This document shows positions 25,229 through 32,673 of a stretch of 32,894 nt of DNA, piece after piece. The notes beneath the pieces were generated by a model, which saw nothing but the letters and a program-made list of their open reading frames with translations, searched no databases and was not told the DNA's origin. Source of the DNA: an uncultured Brevundimonas sp. Lineage in GTDB: Bacteria > Pseudomonadota > Alphaproteobacteria > Caulobacterales > Caulobacteraceae. The position numbers were made by a program, and so were the translations under genes. Where the stretch lies: the NCBI GenBank assembly GCA_964543805.1, contig CAZJBC010000001.1:9537-42430 (forward strand). Reading direction: 5' to 3'. Positions within the stretch are counted from its first letter, which is position 1. Every line of letters begins with the position of its first letter.

Positions 25229-25819
25229 TCAGGGTTGATTTACCTTATCGTCGATCACCCGTTCGATGCGCCGGTCGGGAACGAACCAGATCAGCGCCAC
25301 AAGGACATAGAGGCCATAGGCGATCAACGGACTGACAAAGGCCAGCGGGATAGCGCAGGCGTAACAGGCCAGCGAGCCCAGGCCCTTCCAGTCGCGTCCC
25401 GTCGCCCGCGCCAGGGCCGAGCCTGGCCCTTCGTGGCGGATGATCAGGTTCGACAGGATGGTGTAGGCCACCGCCGCCATCACCGCGACCAGACCATAGA
25501 CCGCCGCGGGAATGGAGGTCATCGGCGCCTCGCCGATCCAGCGGGTGACGAAGGGAAACAACGACAGCCAGAACAGCAGGTGCAGATTGGCCCACAGGAT
25601 CGGGCCGGTCACGCTCCTGGCCGTGTGCATCAAGTGGTGGTGATTGTTCCAGTAGATGCCGACATTGACGAAACTCAGAACGTAGGCGGCAAACACCGGC
25701 GCCAGGGGAATCAGGGCCGAAAAGCCGGCGCCCTGCGGCGGGCGCAGCTCCAGCACCATGATGGTGATGATGATGGCGATCACGCCGTCGCTGAACGCTT
25801 CCAGCCGCCCCTTGCCCAT
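25229..25819 (-). CDS. TMEM175-family (DUF1211) potassium channel homologue
   Basis: 196-aa ORF starting MGKGRLEAFSDGVIAIIITIMVLEL, which carries the RxxxFSD signature helix of TMEM175. It has six hydrophobic segments. Confidence 0.85.
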   Translation of the reverse strand: MGKGRLEAFSDGVIAIIITIMVLELRPPQGAGFSALIPLAPVFAAYVLSFVNVGIYWNNHHHLMHTARSVTGPILWANLHLLFWLSLFPFVTRWIGEAPMTSIPAAVYGLVAVMAAVAYTILSNLIIRHEGPGSALARATGRDWKGLGSLACYACAIPLAFVSPLIAYGLYVLVALIWFVPDRRIERVIDDKVNQP

Positions 25820-25866
25820 GCGCGCTCCCTTCGCCTGGCGGCAAGTCTAGCGGCCCTGGCCGGTCC

Positions 25867-26289
25867 TTACGAGCCCAGAGAGAAGACGACGCGCAACGCC
25901 ACCCGAACCGTCAGCGATGGAACGCCCAGCGCATTGTCATAACTGGAATAGGCCCCGGTGCGGACGAAGAATCCCGGCTGGTCGGGCGCATCGGCATTGC
26001 TGAACGAGATCGCCGCCTGCGGCTGGTTGGGAAGCACGGTCACATCCTCGATCTCGCCCAAGGTGGCGCCGCCGGCTTCGGCGATACGCAGCGCCTGGGC
26101 CCGGGCGTTACGCATGGCGATGCCGGTCGCGTCGATCTTTAGCGCATCTTCCACGGTTGGCCCGCCCGTCGGCAGAACCATGTCCGCCGGCGCGCTGGCC
26201 GCGCCGACCGCGGTAATCTGGATCTGTCCGGCGTGCGCCATAGCCGGGGCCAGGACGGCCAGCGCGGCGGCGATTATGAAGGGTCTCAT
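25867..26289 (-). CDS. small periplasmic protein, SIMPL/DUF541-like (short form)
   Basis: 140-aa ORF with GAGG 7 nt upstream and the signal MRPFIIAAALAVLAPAMAHA. MRNARAQALRIAEAGGATLGEIEDVTV...LTVRVALRVVFSL resembles the C-terminal half of SIMPL-domain proteins. It is only about 60% of the usual length. Confidence 0.5.
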   Translation of the reverse strand: MRPFIIAAALAVLAPAMAHAGQIQITAVGAASAPADMVLPTGGPTVEDALKIDATGIAMRNARAQALRIAEAGGATLGEIEDVTVLPNQPQAAISFSNADAPDQPGFFVRTGAYSSYDNALGVPSLTVRVALRVVFSLGS

Positions 26290-26300
26290 GGCGGCCTCAC

Positions 26301-26347
26301 TTATTTATTGCAAGTCTGCATTATTTTTGCATATTTGCAATAAATAA
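26301..26347. promoter_or_regulatory. AT-rich perfect palindrome (13-bp arms) upstream of the SIMPL-like gene
   Basis: TTATTTATTGCAA (26301-26313) and TTGCAATAAATAA (26335-26347) are perfect reverse complements with a 21-bp spacer GTCTGCATTATTTTTGCATAT. About 50 bp here is nearly all A/T in a GC-rich genome. Four TTGCA/CTGCA hexamers start at 26308, 26316, 26327 and 26335. It ends 12 nt from the start codon at 26289. Confidence 0.6.
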
Positions 26348-26355
26348 ATCGCGGG

Positions 26356-26604
26356 TCAGCGGCGGGACCTCTGTTCAAGACCCAGAATCGCCTCGCCCAG
26401 ATCGTCAACCCTGGCGGCCAGCACGGCGTGGGCGTCATAAAGACCGCGGTTGTAGAAATAGCCGCCGATCTGGCCCGAGAAGAAATCCAGCAGCAGCCGC
26501 GCCGGCAGCTGGCCGATGTCCTGATCCAGCTCGTCGCGGACATAGCGCTGTATCTCGCCGGTGATGACGGCGACCTCTTCCTTGGAAAATTCGATCGGCT
26601 TCAT
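26356..26604 (-). CDS. DUF2164-family small cytoplasmic protein
   Basis: 82 aa from ATG 26604. MKPIEFSKEEVAVITGEIQRYVRDELDQDIGQLPARLLLDFFSGQIGGYFYNRGLYDA matches the DUF2164 pattern (I.FSKEE...IQ.Y...ELD..IG.L.A..LLDF....IG...YN.G..DA). Confidence 0.7.
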   Translation of the reverse strand: MKPIEFSKEEVAVITGEIQRYVRDELDQDIGQLPARLLLDFFSGQIGGYFYNRGLYDAHAVLAARVDDLGEAILGLEQRSRR

Positions 26605-26643
26605 GCCTCGCTCCTGTCCTCGCCCTGGTCTAGTCTGCACGCG

Positions 26644-27249
26644 ATGAGATTGCACCTGTCCACAGCGGCCCTGTTCGCCGCCCTGTTCGCCGGCGCTGCG
26701 GGCGCGCAGGACTATGCCCCCAAGCCGCCCCCGCCGCCGGAGATCTTCACGGCCTCGCGCTGCGTGTGGGCAAGGATGACCACCGGCGAAAAAGCCCCGG
26801 TGCTGGGCGCCGTGGGCACCTTCGACTTCTCGGCCGGCGATGTGATGATCAATCGCGTGATGCAGAGGGCCGTCGTCCTGGCCGGCAATTGCGCGCCGTC
26901 GCTCAAGCGTGATGTTCACACCGCCACCCGTGTCCTGGCGCCCGGCCTGCGCCAGGAGGCCACCGCCGATCTGTTGGCCCGCGATCTGGGCCTGACCCGC
27001 GAGGCGCTCGACGCCGCCGTCGCCGCCGCTCCGTCAACCCTGACCGACGCCCTGGCCAACGCAGCCGGCCCCAGCGCCCTTCGCTCTCACGGGCCTTCGC
27101 CCTCGTTTGTGCCGCTCTTCACCGCGCTCGGTCAGCCGGCGGCCATGGACCCGTCCGACAGTCACCCGGCCTATCTGATCAGCAGCTATGCCCTGGAAAC
27201 CTTCCAGATCCGCGCCGCGGCGGCCGGGTATGATCCGGACCGCAAATAG
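26644..27249 (+). CDS. secreted Cys-pair protein, unknown family (copy B)
   Basis: 201 aa from ATG 26644, starting with the signal MRLHLSTAALFAALFAGAAGAQ. It is a paralogue of 22530..23165: about 60% identity by eye over a 55-aa core (CAPS...GLRQEATADLLARDLGLTREALDAAVAAAPSTLT) and weaker elsewhere. It is divergent from the DUF2164 gene with a 39-bp spacer. Confidence 0.65.
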   Translation: MRLHLSTAALFAALFAGAAGAQDYAPKPPPPPEIFTASRCVWARMTTGEKAPVLGAVGTFDFSAGDVMINRVMQRAVVLAGNCAPSLKRDVHTATRVLAPGLRQEATADLLARDLGLTREALDAAVAAAPSTLTDALANAAGPSALRSHGPSPSFVPLFTALGQPAAMDPSDSHPAYLISSYALETFQIRAAAAGYDPDRK

Positions 27250-27254
27250 GCTGC

Positions 27255-28046
27255 CTAGGCGCCTGGGATTCCAAACCCCACCCCAAGCATCGAGATCGAA
27301 CCGTGGTCGATGCGGTCGGTGAAGAATTCCGGCGGCTCGCCTGCGCCCGCCGCGCCCAGTACATAAAGCAGCGGCAGCCAGTGCTCATCTGTCGGGATCG
27401 AAAGGGCGGCGTCCGCATCCATGCCTGCGCCGGGCAGCAGGGATGCGAAATCGCCGGCCGCGATCTTCGCCTTGACCTGGTCATTGAAGCGGATCGCCCA
27501 GTCATAGGGATCGGCCGTCTCGCCACCGCGAAACCTCGCCAGCGACAGATTGTGCACGACATCCCCCGAGCCGGCGATCATCACGCCCTCGTCCCGCAAC
27601 GCCGACAGGCGGCGGCCCAGATCGAGGTGAAAGGCGGCCGGCTGCATTCCGTCGATCGACAACTGGACGATGGGGATGTCCGCATTCGGAAACACATGGA
27701 CCAGCACCGACCAGGTTCCATGGTCCAGGCCCCAGTCGCGGTCGGGCGCAATGGCTGTCGGCGCCAGGATCTCCGCCACGCGCTGCGCCAGCCAGGGCGA
27801 GCCTGGCGCCGGATAGCGCACGGCGAACAGCTCGGGCGGAAAACCGAAGAAGTCGTGGATGGTGCGAGGACTTTCCATGCCGGTGACGCCGGTCCCGCGG
27901 GTGAGCCAGTGGGCCGAGATCATCAGCACAGCTTTCGGCTTGCCGATCCGCCGGCCCAGCGCCCGCCATTCCTCGCCATAGGGTCCGTCCAGGGCGTTCA
28001 TCGGGTTGCCGTGCCCGAAGAAGACGGCGGGGGCTTTTGTGCTCAT
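27255..28046 (-). CDS. ygiD: class III extradiol dioxygenase, 4,5-DOPA dioxygenase (YgiD) type
   Basis: 263 aa from ATG 28046. MSTKAPAVFFGHGNPMNAL, LMISAHW, TIHDFFGFP, LDHGTWSVL and GSGDVVHNL are blocks typical of YgiD/LigB-superfamily enzymes. It lies 50 nt downstream of gspN on the same strand. Confidence 0.85.
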   Translation of the reverse strand: MSTKAPAVFFGHGNPMNALDGPYGEEWRALGRRIGKPKAVLMISAHWLTRGTGVTGMESPRTIHDFFGFPPELFAVRYPAPGSPWLAQRVAEILAPTAIAPDRDWGLDHGTWSVLVHVFPNADIPIVQLSIDGMQPAAFHLDLGRRLSALRDEGVMIAGSGDVVHNLSLARFRGGETADPYDWAIRFNDQVKAKIAAGDFASLLPGAGMDADAALSIPTDEHWLPLLYVLGAAGAGEPPEFFTDRIDHGSISMLGVGFGIPGA

Positions 28047-28096
28047 GGGACCAACATGGGGCGGCGGGCGGCGCGAGGCAATCGCGTGGGCGAAGT

Positions 28097-28795
28097 CTAG
28101 CCGCCCAGGCGCCCCGCATCCGTGCGCTCCAGCCCGCTGGCCGTCCGTTGAAACCCCGCCAGGGCCACGGCGCTTTCCATGGTCGCGTCGGCGCTCGTCA
28201 CGCGGCTGACCAGCCGCCAGCCGCCGTCGGCGGCTACGGTCAGATCGGCGGCGACCCGGGTTCGCGCATCGGCGCCGGCCAAATGGGCGACCGCAGCGGC
28301 GCCCTCGCAACGGAAGACGCCCGCGATCGCCGGCCCGTTCCAGCTGCGTTGCAGGATGTCGCTCGACACCGTCCCGCCGGCCCGGGCGCAGCCGTCATGG
28401 GCGAACGCCACCGTCACGTCTCCCAGGGTCACCGCGCCGGGATTGGGCAGCGCCAGACCCAGCCTGTCCAGACCCACGGTCAGCCGCGCGTCGTCGATTC
28501 CACGCATCGCGCCCCCCAGCAGGGTCGCACGGCCCTCTTCCGCCGTCAGGGTCAGCCGCGCCTGGCCGCCGAGCAGCGCCAGAGCATCGAGCCTTGCCCG
28601 CACTTGACCCAGTGGAAAACCACGCAGGCGTGCGTCCGAAAGCTGTCCGGACCACAGCGTGCCGCTCACCGTCGAAGCGGTTAGCCCGACATCGCCCGCC
28701 CGCGCCCAGACCAGACCGGCGCTCAGGGGCGCGCACGCAATCAGGCCGGCGATGAAAGCCGTGGTCAGAACCAGGGACGCCAGCCAGACCCTCAC
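28097..28795 (-). CDS. gspN: type II secretion system protein N
   Basis: 232-aa ORF whose GTG start overlaps the gspM stop (GTGA). It has an N-terminal TM (WLASLVLTTAFIAGLIACAPL) followed by the GTLWSGQL...LGQV pattern seen in GspN. It is the last position of the gsp operon. Confidence 0.7.
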   Translation of the reverse strand: MRVWLASLVLTTAFIAGLIACAPLSAGLVWARAGDVGLTASTVSGTLWSGQLSDARLRGFPLGQVRARLDALALLGGQARLTLTAEEGRATLLGGAMRGIDDARLTVGLDRLGLALPNPGAVTLGDVTVAFAHDGCARAGGTVSSDILQRSWNGPAIAGVFRCEGAAAVAHLAGADARTRVAADLTVAADGGWRLVSRVTSADATMESAVALAGFQRTASGLERTDAGRLGG

Positions 28796-29250
28796 GGCCG
28801 CGCCAGCACGGCCTCGACCTGCAACCCGCCGCCGGTTCGCGTCGCGGTCAGGCTGGCGACGCCGACGCCGTCCCGAATCTGCAGATCCCTGAACCAGGCG
28901 AACAGGGCCGGCGAGGTTGTACTGTCGATCGAGACGGTCAATTGGCCGGGGCTATCCTGGCGCTGTCGGGCGATGACGATGTGAGCGGCCTGCGCGCTTG
29001 CCGTGACCAGGCCCAGCAGATCGCCGCTGGCCTTGCCGCCGGCGGCCTTGATCGCCGCCGCCTCGGCGTCAACCTGGGCCAGTCCCTGCGCGGCCGTCTC
29101 GGCGCGCCTCGCCGCCGCCGCAGCCATCCGGTCCAGCGGCCGGGCCAGGCCGTACCAGCCGGCGACCGCCACAACCACCAGACCCAGGGCGGCGATCATC
29201 GCCCGCTCGCGCCGGCTGCGCGTCGTCCAGGCCTGATCCAGGCCGCTCAT
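28792..29250 (-). CDS. gspM: type II secretion system protein M
   Basis: 152 aa from ATG 29250, in an ATGA overlap with the gspL stop. It has a basic N-terminus, a single TM (AMIAALGLVVVAVAGWYGL), a coiled region and a small C-terminal domain. Position and size fit GspM. Confidence 0.75.
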   Translation of the reverse strand: MSGLDQAWTTRSRRERAMIAALGLVVVAVAGWYGLARPLDRMAAAAARRAETAAQGLAQVDAEAAAIKAAGGKASGDLLGLVTASAQAAHIVIARQRQDSPGQLTVSIDSTTSPALFAWFRDLQIRDGVGVASLTATRTGGGLQVEAVLARP

Positions 29251-30347
29251 GGCGTGGGCCTCAGGGTTAGGTCGCTGACGATCTTGCCGCCCGCCGGACT
29301 GGAGCCGTCGTCTCGCACGGCATAGCCCGCCGCCTTGAGCGCCTGGCCAAGCGTTGCAATGTCGCTGTCGTTGTCGTGGGCCAGGGTCATCCGCATCGCG
29401 CCGTCGGGCTGGTAAGCCAGCGCCTGCAAGCCGGCGCCCGGGACCCTGGCGATCGCCTCGAACACCGCCGCTGAACCGGACAGGAAGCGCGCGCCAGACG
29501 CCGCCCGGGCTGCGCGCGCGCGCAGGGCGGCGACCGGATCGCCATCCGCCGAACCCATCGCCGCCGCCGCATGAGCCCGGGCCTGCGCCTCCAGGCGGTT
29601 GGCCATAAGGTCGCCATGGATAATCCGCGCGCCGGACAGGATCAGCGGCGAGACGAGAACCAGAATTGCAAGGGCCGCAACGCCTCGCCAGGCGCGTCCG
29701 GCGCCCGGCATGTTCCTCGCGGCAATATCCGCCTGCAGCAGATTGACCAGCGGCGCGCCCGCCGTTGCAGCGAGCAGGCTTTCGACGGCGCCCGCATCTT
29801 CCACCGGCTCCAGGACCTGCCCCCCGGCCAGAATCGCCGCCAGGACAGGTTCGGCGGAAAACGCCCGCTCCGGTCCGCGCACCGCCCACCGCCCGCCGAT
29901 CGCGGCGGCCAGCCACTCGCCGGGCACCGGCTGCGGCAGCATCAGGTGGTCGGGGACCACCGCATCAGGCGACAGGCCCAGTCGATCTGCCGCTCCCAGC
30001 CAGGCCTGCAGCCGCGCCCGGTCGATGACGCAGGCGATGCGGCGTCCGTCGGCGCGGGCCGGACCGACCGCCGCCTGCAGGCGTTCGCGCGGGACCGCCA
30101 GCTCGTCCTCCAGCATCATGGCGGCGGCCGCGGCGGCGGCGGCGGAACTGGCCGCCCTGACTGTGATCCAGCGCGTCGTCACCTCGGTTCCGGGGATGAC
30201 AAGGATCGTCGTGGTCTTTGCCGGCAGCGGACCGGCCGGGCCGGACAGACTCCCGCGCGCCACTACCATGCCGGCCGCGTCGACGATCAGCCAGGGCGCG
30301 GCGGCGTCCGTTTCGGCTGTCATCAGGACCAGGCGTGTGTAGCTCAT
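29247..30347 (-). CDS. gspL: type II secretion system protein L
   Basis: 366-aa ORF in an ATGA overlap with the gspK stop. It has a cytoplasmic actin-like N-domain, one TM (AWRGVAALAILVLVSPLILSG) and a periplasmic C-domain. It contains an Ala8 run. Confidence 0.8.
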   Translation of the reverse strand: MSYTRLVLMTAETDAAAPWLIVDAAGMVVARGSLSGPAGPLPAKTTTILVIPGTEVTTRWITVRAASSAAAAAAAAMMLEDELAVPRERLQAAVGPARADGRRIACVIDRARLQAWLGAADRLGLSPDAVVPDHLMLPQPVPGEWLAAAIGGRWAVRGPERAFSAEPVLAAILAGGQVLEPVEDAGAVESLLAATAGAPLVNLLQADIAARNMPGAGRAWRGVAALAILVLVSPLILSGARIIHGDLMANRLEAQARAHAAAAMGSADGDPVAALRARAARAASGARFLSGSAAVFEAIARVPGAGLQALAYQPDGAMRMTLAHDNDSDIATLGQALKAAGYAVRDDGSSPAGGKIVSDLTLRPTP

Positions 30348-31288
30348 TCGTCGGCCGTCCAGCGTCTGGCCCGCAGGCGCACGGGCCCCTCGCCCGGCTG
30401 CTCCAGCAGTGAGGTCATTAGAGCCGCTCCGCCGTCATAGTCCACCCGCGCGGTGAGGCCGAACCAGCGTGTCGCAACGCCCAGCTGACCCAGCTGTGCG
30501 CCGGGTCGCGAGGCGGCGCCCTGCAAGGCGGTTTGCGCCAGAAAGACCTGCAGGCTGGGCCAGCCGCCGGCCGGCCGGGCCGCCAGCAGCGCGCGCGCCG
30601 CATCCGGTGTGACGGCCCCGCCCGTCACAACGCTCAGCAGGACCGCCTTTTCGGGCGCCAGGGTGTTGATGTTCAGCCGGCTGATCTCCGCCGCCGGCAG
30701 GGCGCAGACATAGGGGCGGATCAGGTCATAGACTTTCGCGTCATAGCCCTTGACCGCCCGCAATTCGCTGACCTCGGACAGCAAGGTCCCTGAGGTGCGG
30801 TAGCCGGCGTAGGCCTCGTCCTCGGCGCCCGCCGTGGTGCGTCCGCTGTCGGTGTCCATCCAGTCGGCCAGGGCCTCGGACAGGCTGAGCGCCTGGCTCT
30901 GCGGCAGGTTCAGCGCGGCCAGCAGGGCGCGGTATTGCGAAAGGGCTGTCTCGCGCCGCACCCAGTGCTCGGGCGCACCCTCCACCAGGCTGTTCAGGTT
31001 GAAACAGTCGCCGGCGTCGTCCAGCCGCGCCTGGATGACGCCGCCCTCGACGGGATAGGACCGCCAGACGCCCAGCAGGCCGGCCGGCGCGCCGCGTGCC
31101 AGTTCGCGCCGCGCCAGGGTCTCGGCGCCCAGGGCGTACCAGCGGGCCTGACTGACGCTTTGCGCATTGGCCGTGCGGCGGACCGAAAAGCGGATATCGT
31201 CCAGCACGCCCACCGCAATGGCGGCCATCACGGCGACCATCAACAGCACGGTGAGCAGGGCGATTCCCTGTTCGTCGCGGGCCCTCAC
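30344..31288 (-). CDS. gspK: type II secretion minor pseudopilin K
   Basis: 314-aa ORF whose GTG start overlaps the gspJ stop (GTGA). The N-terminus is QGIALLTVLLMVAVMAAIAV (a pseudopilin helix lacking Glu5, as in GspK), followed by ARWYALGAE...CFNLN blocks. Confidence 0.85.
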   Translation of the reverse strand: MRARDEQGIALLTVLLMVAVMAAIAVGVLDDIRFSVRRTANAQSVSQARWYALGAETLARRELARGAPAGLLGVWRSYPVEGGVIQARLDDAGDCFNLNSLVEGAPEHWVRRETALSQYRALLAALNLPQSQALSLSEALADWMDTDSGRTTAGAEDEAYAGYRTSGTLLSEVSELRAVKGYDAKVYDLIRPYVCALPAAEISRLNINTLAPEKAVLLSVVTGGAVTPDAARALLAARPAGGWPSLQVFLAQTALQGAASRPGAQLGQLGVATRWFGLTARVDYDGGAALMTSLLEQPGEGPVRLRARRWTADE

Positions 31289-31863
31289 GACGGCTCTCCC
31301 GTCACCAGAAACAGCTGGCTGACCACGCCCAGCCCCGCGATGGTCAGGTCGAGGCGCACAGCCTGGGGCAGGTCGTCACCGGCGGCCGGCGGATCGGGCG
31401 ACCAGGCGCCGTGAGCCAGATATTGCGTCCGTGCGCTCGACACGCCGTCGATCAGCACCTGCGGCGGTCGAAAGGCGCCGCCGTCCAGCGCCGCGCCGGC
31501 CAGCCGCTCCAGCCGCCCCTCGACGAGACGGTATTCGACGAACTGAACCGACGCCCGCGGCGCCGCGTCGGGATTTTCCCAGCCGCGCCGGGCAAGGCTG
31601 AGCAGCGCGCCCTCCGCCGGTCCCATGGCGCCGGCCTCGGCGCGGCCGTCGGCTCCGCGCACCCGGCGGGGCGCGGCCTGGGCCAGATCAGCTTTCAGGA
31701 TGGCGCGGGCCGCCTGGAACTGGGCCAGGCGCGTGTCGTGGGCGCGGACCACAGCCTCGTTGCTCAGGGCAAAGCGCATCATCGTCACCCCGCCCGCCGT
31801 CAGCAGCCCGAAGATGAACAGGGCGACCAGCATTTCAATGAGGGTGAAGCCATTCTGCTTCAT
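31285..31863 (-). CDS. gspJ: type II secretion minor pseudopilin J
   Basis: 192-aa ORF with the prepilin-type N-terminus MKQNG|FTLIEMLVALFIFGLL. It is in an ATGA overlap with the gspI stop. Confidence 0.85.
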   Translation of the reverse strand: MKQNGFTLIEMLVALFIFGLLTAGGVTMMRFALSNEAVVRAHDTRLAQFQAARAILKADLAQAAPRRVRGADGRAEAGAMGPAEGALLSLARRGWENPDAAPRASVQFVEYRLVEGRLERLAGAALDGGAFRPPQVLIDGVSSARTQYLAHGAWSPDPPAAGDDLPQAVRLDLTIAGLGVVSQLFLVTGEPS

Positions 31864-32228
31864 GGCGCCGCCCTGAAGACGGTCAGGGCGCTGAGCACCT
31901 GGCGGCCGGCGGCCGGTTCGCGGACAGCGATATCGACCCGCTGGATGGCCGGATCGTCGGTGGCGACGACGGACCGCGTCCAGGCCCAGACGCGCCCGGC
32001 CTGGGTCTCCGTTCCCGAGGCGGCGCCGGCCGGAAGACCGGGTGCGGCTATCGCCTCGACGGCGCGGTTCTCGGCCACCACCGCGGCCAGGGTGCGCGCC
32101 TCGACAATGCCGGCCGAGCGGGTGTTCTGGCCGGCAAGATTGATCAGGGCGACGGCGGCCAGGCTGAAGACGCCCAGCGCCACCAGCACCTCCAGCAGGG
32201 TGAATCCCTGTTCAGCGGCCCGGCGCAT
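31860..32228 (-). CDS. gspI: type II secretion minor pseudopilin I
   Basis: 122 aa from ATG 32228, with MRRAAEQG|FTLLEVLVALGVFSLAAVAL. Size and position fit GspI. Confidence 0.85.
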   Translation of the reverse strand: MRRAAEQGFTLLEVLVALGVFSLAAVALINLAGQNTRSAGIVEARTLAAVVAENRAVEAIAAPGLPAGAASGTETQAGRVWAWTRSVVATDDPAIQRVDIAVREPAAGRQVLSALTVFRAAP

Positions 32229-32673
32229 GGACGCCAACATTGCCGGCTGCATCGACGGTGACGCTGATGTGCTGATCGTTGCGCGCCAGGTCGACCTCGA
32301 CGGGCTGGGATTGGCCGGTCGGATCAAAGGCGATGCGCAGCGGCGCGCCCGGCGCCCGCGTGCCCGCGCTCCACGCCTGCGTGGCCCAGACTCCGCCGTC
32401 CAGCGGCGTTCGCGCCCCGGCGCTGACAATGTCGAAGTCATAGCCTGCGGCCGTCACACGCGCCTCGACCGTGCGGTTGGTCAGCACCGCTTCCTGCCTG
32501 GCGCGCGCCAGCCGCGCGCCCAGCCGATCGGCCTCGCGGGCAAGGCTCGGCCCGGACCCAGGCGCGGTCAGCACCACGAAGCTCGCGGCCAGCCCCATGA
32601 TGGTGACCACCACCATCACTTCCACAAGGGTGAAGCCGGACTTGGGATCACCAGTTGCCGATGTCGGCGTCAT
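32212..32673 (-). CDS. gspH: type II secretion minor pseudopilin H
   Basis: 153 aa from ATG 32673, with ...GDPKSG|FTLVEVMVVVTIMGLAASFVV. It overlaps gspI by 17 nt and the gspG 3' end by 26 nt. Confidence 0.8.
   Translation of the reverse strand: MTPTSATGDPKSGFTLVEVMVVVTIMGLAASFVVLTAPGSGPSLAREADRLGARLARARQEAVLTNRTVEARVTAAGYDFDIVSAGARTPLDGGVWATQAWSAGTRAPGAPLRIAFDPTGQSQPVEVDLARNDQHISVTVDAAGNVGVHAPGR

Noticed and set aside
25212-25230. GACAA-N9-TTGTC upstream of the PHM-like gene as a second BlaI-type operator
   Set aside because: The arms are only 5 bp, and the spacing (9) differs from the 2-bp spacing of the dyad at 22397-22406. It also overlaps the TMEM175 stop codon. A match of this size is expected by chance.
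22530-27249. The two paralogous genes as boundaries of a mobile element or genomic island
   Set aside because: No integrase, transposase, tRNA or att-like direct repeat is present. There are no long DNA-level repeats (only protein-level similarity), and base composition and codon bias look like the rest of the window.
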